Source of the DNA: an uncultured Candidatus Saccharibacteria bacterium
GTDB lineage: Bacteria; Patescibacteriota; Minisyncoccia; Phycocordibacterales; Phycocordibacteraceae
NCBI GenBank assembly: GCA_964550425.1
Contig: CAZJZB010000002.1
Span: 1,626-65,625 of the forward strand
Length of the DNA stretch: 64,000 nucleotides
Direction of reading: 5' to 3'
The position numbers and the translations under genes were made by a program. Below the pieces are notes generated by a model, which had not been told where the DNA came from, searched no databases, and saw nothing but the letters and a program-made list of their open reading frames with translations. Positions 1 through 7,960 of this stretch are shown here, piece by piece; the stretch's first letter is position 1, and every line of letters begins with the position of its first letter.

Positions 1-1
1 C

Positions 2-130
2 GAGCTAGAGCCCTTCAGGGAAGGTCTACATAAGTGGGGTGCAACCGCTTCAGTTTACAAACAGCTCGGCGTCGGCGCTGGTTTAACATTTGTAGTCGGA
101 TTAGTACTCAGAGCATTTGGGATTCTGTAG
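2..130 (+). CDS. 3' end of a hypothetical membrane protein (partial, starts outside the window)
   Basis: Open frame ELEPFREG...GLTFVVGLVLRAFGIL ending in TAG at 128-130; hydrophobic C-terminus. Confidence 0.45.
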   Translation, partial: ELEPFREGLHKWGATASVYKQLGVGAGLTFVVGLVLRAFGIL

Positions 131-209
131 TTTCTTTACATAGGGCTGCCTTATGTATTTATTCCAAAAGCTAGAAGGTATGTGAATGACGAAGTGGTAC
201 AATAGAGAA

Positions 210-299
210 ATGAACGACCCTTGGGACTTCGCAGTTATACAGATTCTCTTGTTCGTCATTCTGATATTGCTTAGTGTTGCTGTGTGGCACTTTTGGTGA
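210..299 (+). CDS. 29-aa single-TM micro-protein MNDPWDFAVIQILLFVILILLSVAVWHFW
   Basis: Hand translation; TGGTACAAT extended -10 (TACAAT 198-203) lies 6 nt before the ATG. Confidence 0.5.
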   Translation: MNDPWDFAVIQILLFVILILLSVAVWHFW

Positions 300-301
300 A
301 A

Positions 302-490
302 ATGAAAAAGTTATTGGCTTTTGTCTTTTTATATCCAGTGGCCTTACTACTAGCTATGCTAGATAAGATTGGCGACGCCTTGAGCAATTTATTTGGCAAG
401 AAACGGATACGGGATTTAGAGGACAGGGTTGCTCAATCAGAACAAATAAACAAATACTTGATAGAGAAAACTTCTTCTAATCAGCACTAG
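302..490 (+). CDS. Small hypothetical protein, N-terminal hydrophobic segment plus coiled-coil-like tail
   Basis: ORF track 284..490; ATG at 302 lies 2 nt after the stop of 210..299. Confidence 0.5.
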   Translation: MKKLLAFVFLYPVALLLAMLDKIGDALSNLFGKKRIRDLEDRVAQSEQINKYLIEKTSSNQH

Positions 491-596
491 GGCTTTGTAT
501 TAAATAGTGGAAGATTACGGCGGTTTTTGGTAGTATCAGAAAATCCGAGCCAGACCAATGAGGAACCGCAATCGTATGGAGTACCATACTGCTTGC

Positions 597-651
597 TCGC
601 TCGGAGAATGTGAAAATGAGTGTCTGCACTTATTTTCACATTTCCTCGCTC
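597..651. repeat. Hairpin element TCGCTC-GG-[AATGTGAAAATGAGTG/TCTG/CACTTATTTTCACATT]-CC-TCGCTC abutting the tRNA 5' end
   Basis: 16-bp stem with one G-T pair, seen directly; shares a 15-mer (inverted) with 1394-1408. Confidence 0.8.
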
Positions 652-724
652 GCAAGCGTAGCTCAGTTGGTAGAGCACCCGACTGATACTCGGGCGGTCG
701 TAGGTTCGACCCCTACCGCTTGCA
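652..724 (+). tRNA. tRNA-Ile(GAT), CCA not encoded
   Basis: Acceptor stem GCAAGCG/CGCTTGC, D arm GCTC/GAGC, anticodon arm CCCGA-CTGATAC-TCGGG, T arm GTAGG-TTCGACC-CCTAC. Confidence 0.95.
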
Positions 725-728
725 CTAT

Positions 729-1286
729 ATGCACAAAATAACCAACACCTTCAGTAAGGAACCACAGGCGACGCTAGACCTGATAGCGACGTATGACCCG
801 CGAGTCATATCCTGGCTGGATAACAAAGTTAATCTGTTGTTAACTGACTATTTAGGAATAAGAAACTCGCCGTACGGGATTGTTAATATGAGTGACTATT
901 CATACTTGATTACTCCTGCTTTCAAAGCTCTCGAGGGTACCCTAATTCAAATTGCGCGAGAACTCGGTCTTAATGTCGAAAAGGCGGATATAAGAATAGG
1001 AGTAGTTTTTAGTGAGGAGAATCTTGAAATGTTTTACCAGGATGTATTGAATCAAATTGAAGATTTATCAAAAGAATCCAAGGCCGATATCACAATGTGG
1101 CTTAATGACGCACGTCGTTTTCTTCGTCATTTTCGTCATTCGCCAGCCCACTACGGTGGAGATACTAAACAGAACTGGGATCAAGCTTTTGCTGATGGTG
1201 ACCACGTGTTACGAATAATCAATGGTATGTGTTCCGTTTTGTTAGAAAGTGGGGTTTTTGAAAAAGCGAAAACCAAAAAGACGTAG
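729..1286 (+). CDS. HEPN-domain RNase, RnlA/LsoA C-terminal-like
   Basis: DYSYLITPAFKALEG resembles the RnlA-type helix; Rx4H motif RHSPAH; ATG at 729. Confidence 0.6.
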   Translation: MHKITNTFSKEPQATLDLIATYDPRVISWLDNKVNLLLTDYLGIRNSPYGIVNMSDYSYLITPAFKALEGTLIQIARELGLNVEKADIRIGVVFSEENLEMFYQDVLNQIEDLSKESKADITMWLNDARRFLRHFRHSPAHYGGDTKQNWDQAFADGDHVLRIINGMCSVLLESGVFEKAKTKKT

Positions 1287-1545
1287 CTCAGCTTGTAAGC
1301 CGTCGGAACGGCTTTTGCCGCGCCGCTCGCTCAGCAGTAAACTTTCTTTCATTTCATTCAAGAAAGTTTTCTCCTGCGTCATTCGGTCGAAATATAAGTG
1401 CAGACACTTTATTTCACCTCATTCCTTGTAGTAGATCACCCTGCCTGATACTCGGGCGGTCTTAGCGACCAGTTTTGTCCAAGAGCGAAGCGATTGGAAA
1501 CAAAACAGAAGTCCCGTGGGAGTTCGACCCCTACCGCTCGCACCA
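1282..1545 (+). pseudogene. Second tRNA-Ile(GAT) copy split into three pieces by hairpin inserts, ending in CCA
   Basis: 1282-1291 = 657-666, 1445-1461 = 683-699 and 1522-1538 = 704-720 (exact matches, colinear); ACCA at 1542-1545. Confidence 0.8.
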
Positions 1546-1625
1546 ATTAATACCACGAAAGAAAAGGCAGTTCATTTATACCCACGTTGCACGGTACTAC
1601 GGACACCTGTTGCTATACTGGTAAC

Positions 1626-2138
1626 ATGCGGCGAATGCTCATTATCATTGGATTGGCGCTTGTTGTTGCTATTGCTGCGTTCATTCTCTCCGGACCCGGA
1701 CAGCATCCCCAAAAGAATCCGCTCCATGATGTCGCCGAGGCAAATTTATCCCCGAGAGCCGTGCCGTTCACAAAGCTCGCGCGTGGCACCTATTCGACCG
1801 TAACTAAGCGCGTCAACTACCTCATTACCTCGCCGACCGAACTAGACGAACTTTGGCAGATGCTTGACGCGAAGGGGAACAAGCCCTCGGTCGATTTCAC
1901 ACAAAACGAGGTCATCGCGGTTTTTGCGGGGCAACAACAAGATGCACATCATGAGGTTACGGTCTCAGAGGTTCAGGATGCTGCCGCACGCACAATTTCT
2001 ATAACGTTCACAAATCCGAGCGCCAACTGTGCATCAAAGAAGGCCACCACTGCACCCTACGAGGTCATTGCGATACCGGCCACGTCACTTCCCATCACGC
2101 ACGAGAATATCTCTACGACCACTACCTGCTCGGAGTAA
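1626..2138 (+). CDS. PrcB C-terminal-domain membrane-anchored protein
   Basis: N-terminal TM; PSVDFTQNEVIAVFAG motif; TGCTATACT at 1611-1619 favours the ATG at 1626. Confidence 0.65.
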   Translation: MRRMLIIIGLALVVAIAAFILSGPGQHPQKNPLHDVAEANLSPRAVPFTKLARGTYSTVTKRVNYLITSPTELDELWQMLDAKGNKPSVDFTQNEVIAVFAGQQQDAHHEVTVSEVQDAAARTISITFTNPSANCASKKATTAPYEVIAIPATSLPITHENISTTTTCSE

Positions 2139-2176
2139 GCGTGCATGAGGCGTGAGGGTGCGCTACGATTCGCGTC

Positions 2177-3931
2177 ATGGATGCAAAAGCGCATTTTCAT
2201 GGGAAGCGCATTACCGTGATGGGTCTCGGCCTCTTGGGCCGTGGCGTGGGGGATGCGCGGTATCTGGCCGAATGCGGTGCGGAGCTCATTGTGACCGACC
2301 TTAAAACGCGTGAGGAGCTCGCAGAATCGGTAGCGCAGTTGGAGTCATTCTCAAACATCACATTTATCTTTGGCGAACACCGACTCGAAGATTTCCGCGA
2401 CCGCGATCTCATCCTTAAGGCCGCAGGCGTTCCCTTTGATTCGCCCTATATTGCGGAGGCGAAGAAACACAAGATACCGGTCCGCATGAGCGCTGATTTA
2501 TTTGCGGAGATCTCAAAGATTTCCATCATCGGCGTGACGGGCACCCGCGGCAAATCGACCGTGGCGCACATGGTGTACGCCATTCTCAAAGAAGCCGGAA
2601 GGAAGGCCGTGCTCGGGGGGAACGTGCGCGGTGTTTCAAATCTTGAACTGTTAAAAGAGGTTACATCAGAACATACTGCCGTACTTGAACTTGACTCGTG
2701 GCAGCTACAAGGGTGGGGCGACGCGAAGATGAGCCCATATATCGCGGTATTTACCACACTCTACCCGGATCATTTGAACTATTATGGTTCGACTTCGCTC
2801 ACCACAGGCACGAACAATCTGGATGCATATTTAGCGGACAAAGCGAATATCTTCCGCTTCCAGAAGCCCGCGGATACGCTCATACTCGGCAAGCAGTGTG
2901 CACCGACTATCATTGATACGTACGGCGAGCAGATTGAATCAAAAACGTCCATCATTGACGAGACGAAGATTCCTGATACCTGGGTTCTGAAGGTTCCCGG
3001 GATGCATAATCGTTACGACGCCGCACTCGCGCTCGCTGCCGCTCGCGCGGCCGGCGCCCCTGACGAGACGAGCCGTAAGGCGCTCGAGGTGTTTGTCGGC
3101 GTCCCGGGCCGACTTGAGCTCGTGAGGGAGGTGAAAGGCGTGAAGATATATAACGACACTACCTCAACCACGCCAGAGGCAACACTTGCTGCACTCTCTG
3201 CGTTCGATCCGGCGCACACAATACTGGTCATGGGAGGCGCCGATAAGATCCTCGACATGGAAGTGCTGCTCGCACGTCTTCCAGAAACAAAGAAAGTCAT
3301 TGCGCTCGCCGGCAGTGGTACGGAACGTATCAAAAGCCAGTTGCCAGAAGGTACGGTGACGTACCATTCTATCTTTGATGCAACCGCCGCTGCGCTCTGC
3401 GCTGCCGGGCTTGGCGACATCGTCCTTCTCTCGCCGGCATTTGCTTCATTTGGCATGTTCAAGAACGAATTTGATCGCGGGGATCAGTTCAATACGCTGA
3501 TTCGCAACATACCCGATATAAGCTTGCTCAAGCCGAAAGTCAGAGAACTCGCAGGTCGGTTGATTACAGAGTGCGAGCGGCGAGGATTCGCCGTTGTTGT
3601 TTCTCGGGCGTTCCGCACATCCGAGGAGCAGGACGAATTCTATGCGCAGGGACGGACGAAATCGGGAGCAATCATCACTATGGCACAGGGAGGTTCATCT
3701 TTTCATAACTACGGAGTCGCATTTGATATAAAGCCAATAGTCACAGACGGCGATGAAAAGACGAGAGCGGAGCTATACCGGAAAGCGGGGAAGATTGGCA
3801 TGGACCTCGGGCTTGAATGGGGCGGGATCTGGAAAGAATTTGTAGATCCACCACACTTTCAGTACACAGCCGGGTACTCGATCGAGGACTTTAAAAATGG
3901 TCGAATAGAAGAGGAAAAATTTTCCCTATGA
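2177..3931 (+). CDS. murD: UDP-MurNAc-L-Ala:D-Glu ligase MurD fused to a C-terminal M15 (L-Ala-D-Glu-type) Zn peptidase
   Basis: GLGLLGRG, GVTGTRGKST, ELDSWQL, DHLNYY and LLSPAFASFGMFKNEFDRG; then FRTSEEQ, SFHNYGVAFD and WGGIW..DPPHFQ. Confidence 0.92.
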   Translation: MDAKAHFHGKRITVMGLGLLGRGVGDARYLAECGAELIVTDLKTREELAESVAQLESFSNITFIFGEHRLEDFRDRDLILKAAGVPFDSPYIAEAKKHKIPVRMSADLFAEISKISIIGVTGTRGKSTVAHMVYAILKEAGRKAVLGGNVRGVSNLELLKEVTSEHTAVLELDSWQLQGWGDAKMSPYIAVFTTLYPDHLNYYGSTSLTTGTNNLDAYLADKANIFRFQKPADTLILGKQCAPTIIDTYGEQIESKTSIIDETKIPDTWVLKVPGMHNRYDAALALAAARAAGAPDETSRKALEVFVGVPGRLELVREVKGVKIYNDTTSTTPEATLAALSAFDPAHTILVMGGADKILDMEVLLARLPETKKVIALAGSGTERIKSQLPEGTVTYHSIFDATAAALCAAGLGDIVLLSPAFASFGMFKNEFDRGDQFNTLIRNIPDISLLKPKVRELAGRLITECERRGFAVVVSRAFRTSEEQDEFYAQGRTKSGAIITMAQGGSSFHNYGVAFDIKPIVTDGDEKTRAELYRKAGKIGMDLGLEWGGIWKEFVDPPHFQYTAGYSIEDFKNGRIEEEKFSL

Positions 3932-5196
3932 AAAAGCTCCATTTTATCGGCATCGGCGGTATCGGGATGAGTGCCCTGGCGCAGTATTTTAAAGACCAAG
4001 GGGCAATAATGACGGGTTCAGATAGGGAATCGAGTCCGGTGACTGAGCTTCTGGAACAGAAGGGAATGAAAGTTGTGATAGGGCAGAGGTTCGAGAATGT
4101 GCCGACTGACGCAGAGATGGTCGTCTACAGCGATGCGGTCCCGGCGGACAACTCCGAACGCGTCCGTGCGGAGGAACTCGGTATTCCGCAGAAGTCGTAC
4201 TTTCAGATGATCGGCAGGGTTTCAGCGGAGAAGCGCACAGTCGCAGTCGCGGGTACGCACGGCAAGACGACCACGACCGGGATGCTTGCCAAGATTTTGA
4301 AAGACGCAGGAGTATCGCCAACGGCAATTATTGGTTCAATCGTGAAAGATTTTGATTCAAATTATCTGCATGGCGATTCTGATTTATTTGTTGTCGAGGC
4401 ATGTGAATATCGTGATCATCTTCTCGAACTCTTACCACAAGTCCTCGTGATCACAAATCTTGAGTGGGACCATACGGATTATTTCCCATCACTCAAAGCA
4501 TTACAAGACACATTTAAAAAAGCGATTGAGAGAGTTCCTGCGGACGGGGTTATTGTCACCGACCCGACCCATAAAAATATCGCGCCGCTTCTTGCTGCCG
4601 CGCGGGCGCATATTGCTGATTACACGCAAGAGCCCGCGTATACGCTCCGCCTACCTGGAGAATTCAACATGATGAATGCGCGCGCGGCCGCTGCGGCCGC
4701 GCGCGCCGCCCTTCCATCCATTTCAGACAAAATAATTGTCGAATCGCTTTCAGCATTCCAAGGCACATGGCGCCGTTTTGAATACAAAGGAAAAACTTCC
4801 AGCGGCGCGGATGTTTATGATGACTACGCCCACCATCCGACGGCGGTACAAGCGACTCTGAAAGCGCTTCGAGCGCAAACGAAAGGAAAGATCATTGTCG
4901 CCTTCCACCCACACCTTTTCAGTCGCACCAAGGATCTCCTCGATGAATTCGCCGTCGCCTTTGCCGACGCCGACCAAGTATTCATCGCGCCTATTTATGC
5001 TGCCCGCGAAGTGGATGACGGGACGATCTCAAGCGAATTACTCGCCAAACGTATCCGGGATGCCGGTACGGACGCGACCGCACTTGATTCTTTTAGCGCC
5101 ATTGAGCGCTCTCTCAGTGATGCCAAGAAAGGCGACACCATCATGGCAATGGGTGCCGGCGACATTTACAAGATCGCCGATGCGATTATTGTATGA
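3928..5196 (+). CDS. murC: UDP-N-acetylmuramate--L-alanine ligase
   Basis: HFIGIGGIGMSALA, GTHGKTTTT, EACEY, DDYAHHP. Confidence 0.95.
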   Translation: MKKLHFIGIGGIGMSALAQYFKDQGAIMTGSDRESSPVTELLEQKGMKVVIGQRFENVPTDAEMVVYSDAVPADNSERVRAEELGIPQKSYFQMIGRVSAEKRTVAVAGTHGKTTTTGMLAKILKDAGVSPTAIIGSIVKDFDSNYLHGDSDLFVVEACEYRDHLLELLPQVLVITNLEWDHTDYFPSLKALQDTFKKAIERVPADGVIVTDPTHKNIAPLLAAARAHIADYTQEPAYTLRLPGEFNMMNARAAAAAARAALPSISDKIIVESLSAFQGTWRRFEYKGKTSSGADVYDDYAHHPTAVQATLKALRAQTKGKIIVAFHPHLFSRTKDLLDEFAVAFADADQVFIAPIYAAREVDDGTISSELLAKRIRDAGTDATALDSFSAIERSLSDAKKGDTIMAMGAGDIYKIADAIIV

Positions 5197-5927
5197 ACAT
5201 GGGAACGTTTTCTAATATGGTCAAAGGAAAACTTTCGGTCGTCGCGACGCCTATCGGAAATCTGGAAGATATAACGCTGCGCGCTCTGCGTACGCTCAAA
5301 GAGTGCGACGTGATATATGCCGAAGATACACGCGTCGTTTCAAAGTTACTCGCAAGATACGATATTAAAAAACCGTTGCAGCGGCTCGATGCAGCAACGG
5401 AAATGAAGAAGGCGGATGAAATCATCGCTCGGCTTGAGGCGGACGAGCACGTGGCACTTGTCAGCGATGCTGGCACACCGGGGATTTCCGATCCCGGAGG
5501 GCAGCTTGTCGCTTCAGTGCGACAAGCTGCCCTCCGGTCCTTCGTAGCTTCACGCGAAGAAGGGCAGCAAATTATTATTGAAGCGATACCGGGGCCGTCC
5601 GCGCTCACCGCCGCACTTTCTATCGCAGGACTGGATGCGACTGGATTTACGTTTCTCGGATTTCTTCCGCATAAGAAAGGACGCCAAACCGCACTCAAAA
5701 AAATAGCGGTAAGCGAGATTCCGGTTGTGCTCTACGAATCGCCATACCGCATATTGAAACTGCTCAAAGAATTGGGGACCTTGGACATAGCAAAGATCAG
5801 TATTGCTCGTGAACTTACCAAAATCCACGAAGAGGTCATTGTAGGAAGCGTTCAAGAGGCGCAGGACTATTTCGCCGCGCACCCAGGGGCAGTGCGCGGC
5901 GAATTTGTCGTCATCGTAACGCCCTGA
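5193..5927 (+). CDS. rsmI: 16S rRNA C1402 2'-O-methyltransferase
   Basis: VATPIGNLEDIT, AEDTR, SDAGTPGISDPG, YESPYR, RELTKIHEE; start may be 5217. Confidence 0.95.
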   Translation: MNMGTFSNMVKGKLSVVATPIGNLEDITLRALRTLKECDVIYAEDTRVVSKLLARYDIKKPLQRLDAATEMKKADEIIARLEADEHVALVSDAGTPGISDPGGQLVASVRQAALRSFVASREEGQQIIIEAIPGPSALTAALSIAGLDATGFTFLGFLPHKKGRQTALKKIAVSEIPVVLYESPYRILKLLKELGTLDIAKISIARELTKIHEEVIVGSVQEAQDYFAAHPGAVRGEFVVIVTP

Positions 5928-5939
5928 TATACTCGACAC

Positions 5940-6092
5940 ATGTCTCGCGCAGGCACTCTCATCCTTCTGGGCGTTCTTGTCATCCTCGTACCTTTTTCGG
6001 GACTTCCGTCATCTATTCGTTCGTTGCTTGCGGTCATACTCGGCGTGTGTGTCCTCTGTATCGGCCTCATACTTCGGGCTCGGAGTGAGTGA
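5940..6092 (+). CDS. 50-aa two-TM hypothetical protein (MSRAGTLILLGVLVILVPFSGLP...)
   Basis: Hand translation; fills the rsmI-ATPase gap; TGATATACT lies 6 nt before the ATG. Confidence 0.7.
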   Translation: MSRAGTLILLGVLVILVPFSGLPSSIRSLLAVILGVCVLCIGLILRARSE

Positions 6093-6113
6093 TTTTTGCT
6101 ATACTAAAACGTA

Positions 6114-7952
6114 ATGGAAAACCCAGAACGCGTTACCTACTTCGCGGCAACTGATTCGCGGGGGAAGTATGTGCCTTTCGGCATCAAGGCGAAGGACCGG
6201 GACCGCCACATGTACGTTATCGGCAAAACCGGCATGGGCAAGTCGACCTTGCTCGAGAACATGGCGATCCAGGATCTCAGGAACGGCGAAGGATTCGCTT
6301 TCATTGATCCGCACGGGGGAACCGTCGACCGGCTTCTCGATTATATTCCCGAAGACCGCATACAGGACGTGGTGTACTTCGCTCCGTTCGATCTAGAGCA
6401 TCCTATCGCGTTCAATGTGATGGAGGACGTCGGTTACGACAAGCGCCACCTCGTCGTGAGCGGCCTCATGGCGACTTTCAAGAAGATATGGGTAGACGCA
6501 TGGAGTTCCCGCATGGAGTACATTCTCACGAACACACTCCTTGCTCTGCTTGAGTATCCGGGCGCGACTCTTTTGGGCGTGAACCGCATGTATACGGACA
6601 AAGAGTATAGGAAAAAAGTCGTTGAAAACGTGAAAGATCCGGTCGTGAAGGACTTCTGGACGAAGGAGTACGCGGTCTACACTGACCGTTACACGCAGGA
6701 GGCGACGCCCGCCATCCAGAACAAAGTCGGCCAATTTACCGGCAACCCGCTCATCAGGAACATTATCGGGCAGCCGAAATCCTCATTTGATATTCGCACG
6801 ATGATGGACGAGAAGAAAATACTCATCATCAATCTTTCCAAGGGTCTCGTGGGAGAGACCAATATGCGGCTTCTCGGTTCCATGCTCACGACGCGCATAT
6901 TCCTCGCCGCGATGAGCCGTGCGAATCTTCCCGCCGAAGGCCTCAAGAAGCTCCCGAATTTTTATTTCTATGTTGATGAGTTCCAGAATTTCGCGAACGA
7001 GACCTTCGCGGAGATCCTCTCTGAGGCGCGCAAATATAAATTGAATCTCGTCATTGCGCATCAGTACATAGAGCAGATGGAAGAAGAAGTGCGCGATGCC
7101 GTCTTCGGCAACGTAGGCACGACAATCGTCTTCCGGGTGGGGCCTTTTGACGCCGAAGTGCTGGAGACCATTTTCATGCCAAGGTTCACGAAGGAGGACG
7201 TCGTCGTACTCGATCGCCGGCAGATATATCTCACGCTCATGATAGACGGGGTCGGATCGGAACCTTTCTCAGCGGTAACGATTCCTCCGATAGAGCCGCC
7301 ACCTTCCTCTCACAGAGAAAAAGTACTCGCCTCATCGCGCACGCAATTCACCGCGCTGCGCGCCGGAGTCGAGAAAACCATTATGGAAGAACTCGCTGCA
7401 AGCGGATTCTCCGAACCCGCGCCCGAAGCGCGGATGCGCAGAAAACCGACAGGTACAAATCCGCCCCTCCGTCAGAGTGCGGAACCGGTCAAATCGTTTA
7501 TGCCCCGCGAAGCGACTGGGTCCGTGCCGCTCGTGCAGGCGAAACATACTGTTGCGCCTCCTGTGAGTACGCGTCCGAATCTGCCGGTAAAAAACATCGC
7601 TACTTTTCCAGCAAAAAACATTCCCGTCTCCGGCGGGAAATCATCAGAAGACCTGAAGTCGATCCTGCGCACCATGACTGCGAAGACCGGCGCGGAGAGG
7701 GAAGAGAAGAAATCACAAAACCAACAGTCCCTCAAAGGAGTTCTTGCGGACGTATTAACGCGAGGTGAGCAACCGAAGAAAGCGCAACAATCCACGCCGG
7801 CCCGGCCGCCTTTGGAGGCCCCGCCGCAGCAGAATCTTCTTGCAGCAGCTCCAGCGACAGTCGGCACCTCGTCAAGTGTCCCGATGCGCGAGAAAAAGCC
7901 CTTCGAGGTTTCCGAAGATACGCTCCGAAAGGTGTTCAAAGACGAGACATAA
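6114..7952 (+). CDS. VirD4/TrwB-like (type IV coupling-protein/HerA fold) ATPase with a low-complexity C-terminal tail
   Basis: Walker A GKTGMGKS, IDPHG, Walker B FYVDEFQ, EARKY..LVIAHQ. Confidence 0.85.
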   Translation: MENPERVTYFAATDSRGKYVPFGIKAKDRDRHMYVIGKTGMGKSTLLENMAIQDLRNGEGFAFIDPHGGTVDRLLDYIPEDRIQDVVYFAPFDLEHPIAFNVMEDVGYDKRHLVVSGLMATFKKIWVDAWSSRMEYILTNTLLALLEYPGATLLGVNRMYTDKEYRKKVVENVKDPVVKDFWTKEYAVYTDRYTQEATPAIQNKVGQFTGNPLIRNIIGQPKSSFDIRTMMDEKKILIINLSKGLVGETNMRLLGSMLTTRIFLAAMSRANLPAEGLKKLPNFYFYVDEFQNFANETFAEILSEARKYKLNLVIAHQYIEQMEEEVRDAVFGNVGTTIVFRVGPFDAEVLETIFMPRFTKEDVVVLDRRQIYLTLMIDGVGSEPFSAVTIPPIEPPPSSHREKVLASSRTQFTALRAGVEKTIMEELAASGFSEPAPEARMRRKPTGTNPPLRQSAEPVKSFMPREATGSVPLVQAKHTVAPPVSTRPNLPVKNIATFPAKNIPVSGGKSSEDLKSILRTMTAKTGAEREEKKSQNQQSLKGVLADVLTRGEQPKKAQQSTPARPPLEAPPQQNLLAAAPATVGTSSSVPMREKKPFEVSEDTLRKVFKDET

Positions 7953-7960
7953 TCATTTTT

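Noticed and set aside
487-678. 63-aa minus-strand ORF (also 1249..1431 and 1516..1803 on +)
   Set aside because: These overlap tRNA, hairpin or real CDS sequence; MLYQLSY is the usual antisense-tRNA artefact.
1292-1515. Group I/II intron in tRNA-Ile
   Set aside because: The inserts are too short, not in the anticodon loop, show no recognisable catalytic core, and the flanking tRNA pieces are degenerate.
6114-7952. Conjugative element/ICE
   Set aside because: No relaxase, VirB4/VirB genes, integrase or att sites nearby.
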